Shown: positions 24,732-37,560, counted from the stretch's first letter. The stretch: DNA of 64,000 bases from Octopus vulgaris (GCA_951406725.2 OX597834.1:1984001-2048000); one strand, 5' to 3'. The notes: generated from the letters alone by a model not told the origin. A program made the numbers and translations.

Positions 24732-27700
24732 AGATATGGCCATTCCAGATGCTTGTGCAGTCAGCCAACACCATTGGTCTCTGTTCTCCGTCATGTGTAA
24801 CAGGGTTGCAGTTTTGTGAACTGTCCAGTCCTTGATGTTGTCAAACCTGGATTTTCTCTGCCTCTCTTTTGTCCACCTTCAACTGTGCCTTGATTTCATA
24901 GTGCAGTTAATAACTGCATTAAAAAAGGACACTCAATTACACTCAATTTTATGAAAATGTATTAAATTTGGGATTTTAAAGACTTTTCTATTCTAGATTA
25001 AAAAGAAAGCCCTGGGTTAATAACAAGATACCTCAAAGTACAATCATTTTTTGCTTGCCTTCCTCCACTATGTTATATCTGGCTACTGTTTTGATGTAAA
25101 GTGATGCATCTCAACACACTATTTTAAACTAGTGTACACACCCTACATATACACATATATATGACAAGCTTCCACATAGTCCTACTAAATTTCTTTCACA
25201 AAATATTGATCAATGCAAGGTTAAAATAAATTGCCCTCACCCAGGGTTTTCTGCTTTGGAATCAACCCTGGAACTTCAGAATTACAAAGTGTCCTTCTCA
25301 ACCAGAGCTGCTTTACTTCCTTTCCCCTATACACTGCATTTTCTATGATTCCATAATTAGCAAACATTTCCATGATTGCCCCTGCCTGGTGGGAAGAGTG
25401 AGTCAAATTTCCTTCAAATGACAAATCTTAAAGGGTGAAAAGAGTACAGTGGCCAATTATCGTTCTACATATATAAACAAAAAGCTCTCACCCCCCCCCT
25501 CCACTTCATTTCATGTAGTTCCAGTCTACTCAGTTGTAATGAAGACCTCATGACAGCCTGGCATCCCGTTCAGGGAAAATGTGATCTCAGTTACTTGTAC
25601 GCTATGAAAACTGTGTAACTGACTCCTAGACATAGTGGTGTCCAGGGGTTGTCCAGGTGATGATGATGATATACAAAAATGAATTCAGAACGGTCATGGC
25701 CAGAATACTTTTGATCGTTGGTCTGCTCACTGACGGTTGACCTGGGGCTAAACAGTACCACCACCCAACAAATCTATTCGAGTCATAACTAGTTTCCTCC
25801 TCTCACACATAAACCAAGTTGACAAAAGTCTATTTCTCTCCCCAAACAATACCTTTAACCCACAACTCTGTACTTTGGTAACTCTCTTTTAGTTGCATCA
25901 TTGTTTCAAATGGACTCCATGTATTTTGGCTCAGTTTCTGGTCTTTGAGTCTGTAAAACCAGGGCATAAGGTGCTGTTTTTCATGAAACAGTGTTGCGAC
26001 ACCTCACACACAACTAGGTTAATTGAGGACAACTATATCACAATTGGTTTCTTGTTTAAGCTTTCGGGTTTTGTGGGAAGAGGGACGCGGTTTGCTTGAT
26101 TTAGTTGGAGGAGGAAGAACTCTGCACATCACCTTCCTTTTGAGGTTGCGTTGTCTTTGAGACTGATGGAATGACAGGAAAGAGGAAATTGTCCGTGAAC
26201 CCAAGATGTAGCATAAGTTTGCAATAGAGTGGGACCCTATGAAAGGCCTCCCAGATGTAGGTGGTCATGTTAAAGCAAGGTGATAAATTAAGCCATTTAC
26301 TTAGAAATATGTCCCTCTGATGGGCTTCCATACAGTTTTTACTGCTAGGTTCTCCTGGGGCACTACTAGAAGATACTTGCTCAAATCAAGGTTGATGAAA
26401 CCCCGTAGTTATAAAGTAAGCCTTTTTTTAACCATACATCCATCATATTACTGGTACTCATTTTAGAAGCACACTGCTCCTGTTGAAGACTGGGCCTCTG
26501 GATTCACTGTTACCATATTTCTATTAATTTAAATTCTGTTAATCCTCTCCAAGATATTGTCAACATTATTTTGGAAAATGGACAAAATGGTTGTCACTGA
26601 AGTATCTGATTTAATAACTAAATCTGTCCATCTGCTGCCTGGGTCAATTATGTCAGGCATAATACTTAATGATATACCATTTGGCAGAACAATTAGAATG
26701 CCTTGTTATGTCCCTTTTGTGGCAGAATCGGTCCATTATCAGATTAGATAACTTGTGTTCTGTTGGCATGGTGGGTTCAAATCTTGTGTAGATCAAATTT
26801 GTTATCCATCCTTCTGAGGGCAATAAAAGAACCAGTTGATAGAATATTAATAAGAGGTCATTATCATAAACGTCACAGCATAACCAGTCCAATAACTGAA
26901 ACCAATATAAAAAAAAAAAAAAAACCAGGAACAGAAGAACTGGAAGATGGAAGTATTCGACTTAAACATTTTATAAATTCATCAGTTTTTGGTGAATTAA
27001 GAAAAAAAGTTTGGTGACCTTTTTAACCTCTCCTCCTCCTCCCTCAAATACTCTGATTTAAGTGTTGCCTCTCCTCCACTGCCATACGATTTAACTCTGA
27101 CCTCTACTCCTCTCTCTTATTCTATGATTTAACACTGTGACTTCTCCTCCTTTAAACTATCATTTAACAGTCGTGTCACCTCCTCCTCCTCCTCCCATGG
27201 TCATTAAAAATTTTTTTTCTGATGTCTTCAATAAAAATTTTGTTAAGGTCTTTAAAGGTTAAAAGTGACATGGCCAGCTACAAGAATCATGAGATTCTGA
27301 GAGGAACAATATTTTGGCAGAAATGTTACAGTATTGGAGGAGGAGGAGAGAATGCCATGCAACATTGTGAGTTTGAATTCTTCTGTGGTCATCCTTTTAG
27401 GGTTATTAAAATAAAGTACCAAGCAAATATTGGGGTCAGTGTCCCTTCCCTCAAAACTACTAGCCCTTTACCCAAAGACTATTATTATTATTGACACTGG
27501 GGCAAAAAATATACAAAGCCCAGTATACCCATCATGACTACCCGTCTGATAAGGGTACACCAGGCATATGCATTACAACCATGTGTGCATGACATGGTGG
27601 TCTCATATCAAGATAAACAGTGCATGACCTTGCAGGTAAGGGTCCAGTTAGAATTTTCCAAAGGTGAATTATCCAAACCCCAAACATATCCTCTCAACAC

Positions 27701-27961
27701 ATGGCTTTGATGCTCCCCCACTACATCTGCTCATGATCAGAGATGCACATATTGTCAACCACTAAGGGACATGTTCAACTGGTTATGGTCAAGCAAATCC
27801 GTGGTATTGAGCAGAATATTTGCTGTTATCCATCTTTTATACCAAGACAAAACAATGTACATGATAACACTTCCAATCAGTTAAGATGAGAAGCCATGAG
27901 AGCTACTGCCTGGTACTGCATCAGGGCATTTATTATTATTATTATTATTATTGTTATTATT

Positions 27962-28827
27962 AAGGTGGTGAACTGGCAGAACCATTAGCATGCTGGATGA
28001 AATGCTTAGCAGTATTTCATCCGTCTTTATGTTCTGAGTTCAAATTCTGCCAGGGTCGACTTTACCTTTCGTCCTTTTGGAGTCAATAAATTAAGTACCA
28101 GTGAAACACTGGGGTCGATGTAATTGACTATCCCCTTCCCCCAGATATCAGGCCTTGTGTCTTTAGTAGAAAGGATTATTATTATTAACTCAGGTTTTGT
28201 TGGAACTCCTTGCATGTGTAGTAGGCTTGCTGCCTGCAGCCTATGGTACCATGCTTTCTGTTCTTTTCAACAAATACGTTCCTGGTTACTCTGGCCTCCA
28301 ATTTCCTTTATATTCTTCTTGATGCCTTCTGATACTGTCCCCCAGGACCCAACAATAATTGGCAATATTTTCACCTTCTTCATTTTCCATAGCCGAGCAG
28401 TTTTGTACAGAAGACGATTGTGTATATCTATTTTTTTTGCTCTCCATCTTAACTATTCATGGGTCAAAGAGGCATATTATTGCAGAATCGTTAGCATGCT
28501 GGGCAACATATTTAGAGGTATTTCACCTGTTTTTACATTCTATTGACTGGCCCCTTCCCCCAAATTCTAGGCCTTGTGTCTATCATAGAAAGGATTATTA
28601 TTAAAGGCAGTGAGCTGGCAGAATCATTAGCAAACCCAGGCAAAATGCTTAGTGGTATTTCGTTCACCTTGATGTTCTGAGTTCAAATTCCACTGAGGTC
28701 AATTTTGCCTTTCATCCTTTGAAGGTTGTTAAATTAAGTACCAGTTACACACTGGGGTCAATGTAATCAACTAGCCCTCTCCCCAAAGTTTCAGGCCTTG
28801 TGTCTATTGTAGAAAGGATTATTATTA
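27962..28827 (+). mobile_element. Family 1 SINE cluster interleaved with an RLE fragment
   Basis: Three copies separated by (ATT)n; further copies at 13430-13600 and 63810-63975. Confidence 0.8.
28190..28450 (-). mobile_element. R4/Dong-like RLE 3' fragment
   Basis: Minus strand VKILPIIVGSWGTVSEGIKKNIKEIG; bounded by (ATT)n. Confidence 0.5.
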
Positions 28828-29128
28828 ATAGTAAGTTTCAATGTTGTTCTGTTTATTTCACTGTAGTTGGGTTGGCTTAATTTCCTCATCAATTTCCTTA
28901 CTCAGTGATTGTTCACATGACCAAACGGCTTTAAGGGTATCGCGAAAGGCCTAGTTGGAGGTCCAACCTTTCAAGTTTTTTTACAGAGCTAAGAAAAGCT
29001 GAAGGACCACTTCAGTTTCTCTAGTAAGTGTCTGATCTCTGAGAGGGGAATATGTTGGATAAGATCATAATTAACTGATCCTCCTGTATCTTCTTTTACC
29101 CCAAGCCAGGAACCTTTCAGAACCCCAG

Positions 29129-29188
<60 letters not shown>

Positions 29189-30047
29189 TTTGTTTTGTCT
29201 CATTTTTATATCCATTGTTCCATGCCAGTATGAGTGACACAAATATGTTGTTGAGCCATTGCTTTACAGTAACATGCCTTTCCTGTCACTAACCCTTACA
29301 TTCGAGTATGGGATGTCAGGATTTGATGTTTGGCTTTTTATTATATACTAGCAGAATTGCCCGGCGATGCTCGGGGCTGAATTGCTTGAAAGTACTGTTA
29401 ATGATTGCACTGAATTATGATGATTATTTAGGCAAATATTGATATTTGAATGTATTTGTAAGTGTATAGAAAGCCGTGTAAAGGGGTTCCTACCCCCTCG
29501 TAGAATGGTGTAAGAATTGAATGTGAGGTTGCCTTGAAAAGAGCCATGTTGTTCTCATAATTGTAAGAATTTAATAGTCGTGGAAGGCGGTGTAAAACGT
29601 TCGCAGGTGAATAGGGTCTCTTCAATTTCCACGAACGGCAGCGGATGTGCTGTTACAAAACTTCATGCTGTGTTAAAAGAGAATGGATGCCCTATGTAGG
29701 CAAGAGGGGAATGAAGCATGGGTAAGTAAATATGGGTAATTTATAAAATAAAGAACATGCATGTATATATATGTATGTATGCCTGTATATATGTACAAAA
29801 TCCACTGAGAAGGCTTTTGTTAGTTTGAAGCTACAGCAGAAGACACATGCCAAGTCACCACACAGTGGGACTGAACCCAGGACCATGTGTTTGGAATGTA
29901 GTTTGTTACCACACAGCCACACCTGCCCCTATGTATGTGTGCGTATGTGTGTTAAATATATTATGCATGTATAAATATATTATGCATGTATATATGTGTA
30001 TATATATATATGTGTGTACATATTACATGTACATCTATATATATACA

Positions 30048-30420
30048 TCTCTCTATATATAAACGGCAGTTTGTCTGTGTGTGTTTCTGTGTGTCTGTCA
30101 GGTTGTACCCTCACCCTGACCACGGCTTTCAACCGATTCTGATGAAACTTGACACACACATAGCCCAATGTCATAATTCAAAACTAACGCAGCGAAAATT
30201 TTGAAAAGTTCCCCCAGTTCTGAAAAAAATCAATAAATTCGACATGGGGTTGAGAATCAGAAACACAAACCACAGACTGTCTAGGGGACGCAACTCGACC
30301 TATTTAACTAAAAAAAAAAATTTACCATAATTTTTTTTCCATTTTTTGGCTATAACTCTCTAAAAATGCTTTATAGTTATTTCCCTTACAAACCCGAGCA
30401 ACGCCGGGCGATACTGCTAG
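30048..30420 (+). mobile_element. Non-autonomous Helitron, copy B
   Basis: A|TCTCTCTATATATAAACGGCAG...CCCGAGCAACGCCGGGCGATACTGCTAG|T; matches 916-1297. Confidence 0.8.
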
Positions 30421-31179
30421 TCTACACATAAAATACAAAATACAAAGTTATATCTTGATATCGCTAATGATAACAATACTCAAAATATATAACAGACTGG
30501 AATTGTAGGCCCGTCTCTTGCAATTTTGATCAATTGGATCTTGTCCTCCCTCTTGTATAGAAGTGTATGGCTGCAGCGAAATTCATTTTTGGACTTTCTT
30601 CTATCGAAGGCATTTTAACAAAAATGCTTCCGTAAAGACGGTGAAAATATTGTCAATTTCCCCATACAGGGACACAATTCAATTTTTAAACAATAACCAA
30701 AGCCCCTTCTCCGAAAGGGGAGGGTTACGGTTTACAATTATTTAACAAATGCAACACAACAACGTTTCCCTGACGAGGAACCAACAAATGTGATTACAAT
30801 AGTCAAACAGTAATAATAACAACAACAAACCTTTTTAATTTATCCCCATTTATGTGAAACCACTTGTTCAAGTCAGTGATGCAATTTTATATGAATTGTT
30901 AATACACACACACACACACACACATAATAAGGGTGAAAAATTGAATATTAATTTGATTAATATGAATTGAAAACCAGTGATATAGCAAATAAGACCATAG
31001 CGGATCTTCCTCTAGCAAAAAGGATGACCAGTATTAATGGCTCATCCCTGTTATATAAATACTTTCACTTTAATTGTTGCACACTTGCAAAGAGAAAGTA
31101 GGAGAAGTAATAGGAGTAAACCACTTGAAATGAGAGAGGGAAATCGTAAAATATTGAGTTTTCTCAAATGTTTGCTTAA

Positions 31180-31299
31180 TATGTATATGTATAAATATAT
31201 ATATATATATGTACGTATAAATATATGTACATATGTATAAATATATATATATATGTATATAATATATATATATGTATAAATATATATATATAACATATG

Positions 31300-31339
<40 letters not shown>

Positions 31340-31757
31340 CATGTATATATATATATATATGTACATATGTATATGTATAAATATATATATATATATATGT
31401 ACATATGTATAAATATATATATATATATGTACATATGTATATGTATAAATATATATATATATGTACATATGTATAAATATATATATATATATGTACATAT
31501 GTATATGTATAAATATATATATATATGTACATATGTATATGTATAAATATATATATATATGTACATATGTATATGTATAAATATATATATATATATATAT
31601 GTACATATGTATATGTATAAATATATATATATATATATATGTACATATGTATATGTATAAATATATATATATATATATGTACATATGTATATGTATAAAT
31701 ATATATATATATATATGTATATGTATAAATATATATATATATGTACATATGTATATG

Positions 31758-31798
<41 letters not shown>

Positions 31799-32057
31799 GT
31801 ATAAATATATATATATATATATATATGTATATGTATAAATATATATATATATATATGTATATGTATAAATATATATATATATATATGTACATATGTATAT
31901 GTATAAATATATATATATATATATGTATAAATATATATATATATATATGTACATATGTATATGTATAAATATATGTATATATATAAATATATGTATATGT
32001 ATAAATATATATATATGTATATGTATAAATATATATATATGTATATGTATAAATATG

Positions 32058-32137
<80 letters not shown>

Positions 32138-32243
32138 TATGTATATATATCATCATCATCATCATCGTATATATATATATATATATGTATGTATATATAT
32201 ATATGTATGTATATATATATATATATATGTATGTATATATATG

Positions 32244-32274
<31 letters not shown>

Positions 32275-32330
32275 ATATATATATATGTACATATATATGT
32301 ATATGTATAAATATATATATATATATATGT
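31180..32330. repeat. Compound TA-derived minisatellite, unit GTACATATGTATATGTATAA(AT)n
   Basis: Repeated unit with variable (AT)n length over about 1.15 kb; source of the spurious YI-repeat ORFs. Confidence 0.95.
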
Positions 32331-32725
32331 AGCTTTAGTCTTATTTTTATGGACTACCATATTAGCTTGGCGATAACTATTAATATTCAGTACCGCTGCC
32401 GTAATCTCCTTTAGAGAGACTTAGAAATTTTAATATTTCTATTTATGAAAACCAGTGGATGTATTCCATTGAAATTAGGTAAATAAATCCTTCGAACAGG
32501 CGGTTAGTAGCGACGCCTGCTGGGTCTGACTACTCTGCATTGATAAAGGGTAACAACCCTGAAACATGTCTGCAGATGTCTGACCCGCAAGGGGAAGTGG
32601 CTGACCTCCCCTGTTCGAAGGTTATAATGGACGCAGGTTCGCGATGGCCTCTTGGAGCTAATCAGCGGCAGCTTTAGTCTTATTTTTATGGACTACCATA
32701 TTAGCTTGGTGATAACTATTAATAT
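32331..32725 (+). mobile_element. Retrozyme / non-autonomous Penelope-type cassette, 339 bp monomer plus 56 bp terminal direct repeat
   Basis: 32331-32386 equals 32670-32725 with one mismatch; contains a hammerhead; (TA)n-rich tracts on both sides. Confidence 0.7.
32534..32576 (+). ncRNA. Minimal type I hammerhead ribozyme, U3-A8 core variant
   Basis: TCTGCA-TTGATAA-AGGG taacaa CCCT-GAA-ACATGT-C-TGCAGA: 6 bp stem I, 4 bp stem II, palindromic stem III, GUC site; predicted cut after 32570. Confidence 0.8.
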
Positions 32726-32740
32726 GTATATATATATATG

Positions 32741-32775
<35 letters not shown>

Positions 32776-33439
32776 CGCAGCGTACGTGCATAATAACTTC
32801 TTTATGTTTATCATATCACCACCCCTGCACGATGTCTTTAAACTATTTTCTTTCTTTCGCCATTGCTTCGTTGCCAAATTGTTTTGGCGCCTTTTTCTCC
32901 CAGCCTCTCTGATTCCTTCTCTCCCTCTCTCTCTTGGTCACTGCTTCTTCTCTGATTCCTTCTCTCCCTCTCTCTCTTGGTCACTGCTTCTGTCCTCGCC
33001 TTCCACCCTCCTTGGTCCCCTCTCTCTCTTAACCCCTTCTCTCTCTTACCCTCTTGCGACTTGCTGCCTCAGCCATTCTGTTGCCATCGGCTGCTTGTTC
33101 AACATGTGTCTTATCACCGAAAAGGTAATTATTTTTCCACGCTTGCTGATATTGTTTTTGTGCCTCTCTTTTTGTCTCAAAGCCGTAGGGCGCCTGTGTC
33201 ATCCATGTTTTTAACCGTTACTGTCTCCAAAAAAGATTTTTCGTTTCATGTTCGTCTCTGTTGCATTGCATTCTTTCCTTCTGTGGCTGGCTGATTCAGA
33301 GCGGATCTCAGAATTAAACAGCCGAAATCTGCGATGAGGGATGACTTTCTGACTGAAGAACGAAGGCTTTGAATGACCCGTTTGTCTTTTTGTTCGTCCC
33401 ATCGTGTATTTCACGTTATTTATTTACGTAAAGGTTTAT

Positions 33440-33571
33440 TATATATATGTATATATGTATATATGTATATGTATATATGTATATATATATATATGTATAT
33501 GTATATATGTGTATATATGTATATGTATATATGTATATGTATATATGTATATATATATATATGTATATATG

Positions 33572-33602
<31 letters not shown>

Positions 33603-33653
33603 GTATATGTATATATATATATATGTATATGTATATATATATATGTAAAGATG

Positions 33654-33684
<31 letters not shown>
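33440..33684. repeat. (TA)n / TATG compound microsatellite
   Basis: Direct reading. Confidence 0.95.
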
Positions 33685-34013
33685 CGTGACGCATATTTGC
33701 CATTTAAATATGGCTAACCCCTAAGGGTGGATGCTACTGTAGTTTGTAGCCCCAGGAAGATATCTCCTCCAGCTGGCTATAGACACACCATCTGTGTCCT
33801 CTCAGTATTTGTGAAGGGAAGTCATCCTCCCCGTCTTCAACTCATGATACACACGGACTCGAGTTTCAAGGTGTTTACCTCTCATCAGCGTGTGACAATC
33901 ATGGTTGTCGACGAGAAGTCAGCTCCCTTCACAAATACATATACTTTTTCCAGTGTCGATTGACACTGATATTGAAAAAGTGAAATCAAACAATGATAAA
34001 TCTCTGAACATGT
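33685..34013 (-). mobile_element. Hammerhead-bearing non-coding cassette in a (TA)n tract
   Basis: About 330 bp of complex sequence bounded by TA microsatellite; hammerhead at the tip of a rod closed by GTATTTGTGAAGGGA/TCCCTTCACAAATAC. Confidence 0.65.
33850..33894 (-). ncRNA. Minimal type I hammerhead ribozyme, canonical core
   Basis: Minus strand CACACG-CTGATGA-GAGGT aaac ACCTT-GAA-ACTCGAGT-C-CGTGTG: all core nucleotides present, palindromic stem III, GUC site; predicted cut between 33856 and 33855. Confidence 0.9.
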
Positions 34014-35007
34014 TATATATATATACATATGTGTAATGTATACACATGTATATTTCTAAGGTAGCCCATGGGCATCGTCACCTCATTTTACATGTCCCTG
34101 TAAATTTTAAAAATATAATATAGAAAATATATAAAATTGAAAAATTTAAATTATTTAAATTTAAAATAAAAATTATTAAATTATATTTATAATTTGTTTA
34201 AAAATATATATAACTATCAAAAAGTATTAAAAAGTTTAATATACATAAATACAGATATATACACTTTGTATATATACATTATATATACATATTTATATAT
34301 CGAACACTCACACACATATATAAATGAACGCAATGAATATCTGATTCATAATATTTGTTCTTATGATTGTGTGTTGGTGGTGGCGTGTGGTGATGATAAT
34401 TCTCCCTATGAATGCAGACAGATACATCAAAGAACGCCGTCTGACGAACTTTACATTAAATAATGGGAATGGACTTGTCAAAGTTATAAATGAAGGGGAG
34501 TTAGGGGGGAATGGAGGAAATAGCGTGAGTGAGGAAGATGGCCCCTAGCAACCACACCTTTTAAGATAGGGATTTCTAAGGTAGCCCACGGGCATCGTCA
34601 CCTCATTCTACATGCCCCTGTAGATTTTGGAGCGAATCGGACGGGACGTAGTGGCATTGAAAGCGATCCAAGCGGTAAAAACGCATTTCAGTTTTATATA
34701 TAGAGATATATATATTGTTCTGCACACTTTTATTGATTTCAGTTATTGGGCCGCAGCCATGTTGGTGCATTGCTTTTTGGCCATTTCATTATTTTTATGA
34801 AAATCCCAGATTTATTTTTACTTTGGTACTTTTATTTATTGGACAACTTATCACTTTGACAGAACACTCATCTTACACACACACACATATTTATATAAAC
34901 ATGGATACATGGAAAGTATATGAGTAGATAATCATGTTGTCTCTTTCCGTGTTCATTTCTTTCATATTATCATACACTAATGTGCATGTATATAGATTTA
35001 TGCATAC

Positions 35008-35052
<45 letters not shown>

Positions 35053-37133
35053 TATATCATCATTGTTTAACATTTGCTCTCCCTGCTGGCATGGGGGCAC
35101 ATTTTATTCTTTTCTGTGCCACCATTTATCTCTCTTCATCCTCCCCTGAACCACTTCTTATTGACATCCTTACCTCATTCTTAATACTCACTCATACTTA
35201 CCAGTCACTATCCTTGCCTTTGTTCACCACTTATTACATTCACTCCAGTCTACCTCTGACCACCTCCACTCTTATCACTGTATACCTCTCGTTCTTCACT
35301 CTTCCAGCTTTTACCCATCTACTCCCACCTATCTTCTATCTCTCATCCTTCCCCTTCCTACTGTACTATAATATGTGCTCTTCTTTACCCTTCCAGCACT
35401 GCCAGTCATCACCCACTCTCCCCTGAGTGACTTTTATTCACATCCATCCCTCATTATCATCATCTCCTCCTACTTAGCTCGTTTATCATTGATCACTTTT
35501 ACACCCTTGATCACCCCTCACTACATTCACCCCCAGTCCCTTCTATAACCATATCTCACCCATCCACCCTTCCTGATCTGTCTCCATACTCCCTCTTCCC
35601 TTTAGGGTATGCTGTCTGATTCCCCATACCCATTTTCAGCTCGACCTACCCTTATTGAATGCAGGCCAGCCATGTATCTCCTCTACAGCAACAAACCTGC
35701 TACTCTTTCCTCCATCAACCCCTCAACCCAAGCTGCCTCCTTTTCTGTTGTACTCCCACTCAGCTGGAAGAGGAGGATCTTGGTCGTTTGAGTTAAAGCT
35801 CACCTCACTGGTGCTACTGTAAAGTGATTGGTGTTAAGAAGCGGATCCAGCCATAGAAACCATACCAAAACTAAGACATTGGAGCATATGTGGAGCCCCT
35901 GACTCATTGGATGATCCTGTTGAAGTCCTCCAACGATGACACTTGCATTGAACATGGCGCAAAGGCAAGCAAAATCACACACACACACACACACATGATG
36001 GACTTTGGCAGAGTTAATATCGACCACACACACACACACACACCTGCAGTTGAAGACCACTTGACAACAAATGCACTGCAGAGTGGGATTGAACTTGGAA
36101 GAACATAGTTACAAAATATTTCATCAGTGCCTCAGTGTGTATTTGTCTAACCCAGTGGTTCCTAAACCATTTCAGGCTGCCTGCTCCCTTTGACACCCAG
36201 GCCACATTCCTAGTGTCCCCACCCCAACCAACCATCACAACCATAGACCACTTTCTGAAGCAAATTCAAAGCAACTCTATTTCACAAATGTAACTTAACC
36301 TAATGAACCCATTATTTCATTGTTTTTACATGAATTGCTATCCCATTATTGCCCCCTTGGAAATTTCCGCCACCACCACCCCCAGGCGGCGTGGCAATAC
36401 CGCCCACTTTGGGAACCACTGGTCTAACCCATATTCAGTTTGGGAAAACACATACGAAATGAACAAACAGATGTACGGTACCTTCTTTCCCATCTGTCTT
36501 ATTAAAATCTCACTCATTTGTATGGGTTTGTACACACACACACACACACACACATAGTGGAAGCTCCTTATTATGATAATGAATAAGGGTGTCAAACAGT
36601 TATTGTTATCAAAATTAATTGTTCTCAAACTCTTTCTTAAAAATAAATTAAAACTGATCTGCTTAATCAGTTCCAGATATTGTGTGTAACCGACTGTTAT
36701 CTATCTAAATGGCTCCCTCTCAAAGTGAGCGCAGAAACTTCCCAATGTATGGATACATGTGTGTATGTGTGTGTGTGTGTGTGCCTTCAAATCAAACTCC
36801 ACTATGTATCAGATAGTTATCTTGTTGACCCTTGAAGAGCAGAAATGATAGGGTAGCATTTGAACTCAGGACTTGGAGAGGGACAAAACTAAGACACGAG
36901 TCTGCTACTCTACCATGTTTGCCACTCTCACTATTACAGTCTGTGTGTGTGTGTGTGGCTGTAATATAAACAATATTCACATTGATCACAAGTTCTGTCA
37001 GGCTTCCAACTAACAATTAACCATCAATCAATGGTGAATTAATTTGGAGAGACAAAGAAGAGATTAGTAAGAACAGCTTTAATAATACTTCATCAGACCA
37101 CTGTCTCACATCATTGTTACATATACTACATTG

Positions 37134-37560
37134 GTTCTACATCATAGCCAGTGCCATCACTGTTCTACATTATAGCCAGTGTTCTGTGTCTTTCTCCTAC
37201 CATCCCTGGTAAATGCATTAGTTCTACATTATAGCCAGTGATCATTCTGCTACCTTCACTGTTCTACATTGTAGCCAGTGTCATCACTGTTCTACACCAA
37301 AGCTAGTGGTCTATGTCTTTCTCCTACCATCCCTGGTAAATGCATTGGTTCTACATCATAGCCAGTGATCTGTCTTTCTCCTACTTTCACTGTTAAATGC
37401 ATTGGTTCTACATCATAGCCAGTAGTCAGTTGTGTGTTGTTGCCACATCTTCACAGTTCTACATCATAGCCAGTTACCTTTTGATATGTGTCTTTGCCCT
37501 CTCATCAAAGTATAATACTTCCTTCATGTGAAATGCATTTGTTCAATATTGTAGCCAGTG
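37134..37560. repeat. Interspaced array of nine 20 nt repeats GTTCTACATYRTAGCCAGTG
   Basis: Copies at 37134, 37162, 37221, 37261, 37289, 37348, 37405, 37456 and 37541; 127 bp higher-order period. Confidence 0.9.

Larger units (their letters stand above)
29348..34706 (-). mobile_element. Large non-autonomous Helitron expanded by nested insertions
   Basis: Minus strand 5' end A|TCTCTATATATAAAACTG at 34706 and 3' end CCCGAGCATCGCCGGGCAATTCTGCTAG|T at 29348; pairing of the two ends is inferred. Confidence 0.6.

Noticed and set aside
31070-32414. Long ORFs of 170-394 aa (YIYI repeats)
   Set aside because: Translations of TA-rich satellite that lacks stops; same for other HT/VC/SL-repeat ORFs in the track
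33317-33372. GAAA...CTGAAGA as a permuted hammerhead
   Set aside because: Could not build consistent stems I-III by eye
37134-37560. CRISPR array
   Set aside because: Eukaryotic context, no cas genes, spacers vary from 8 to 65 nt and are duplicates of each other
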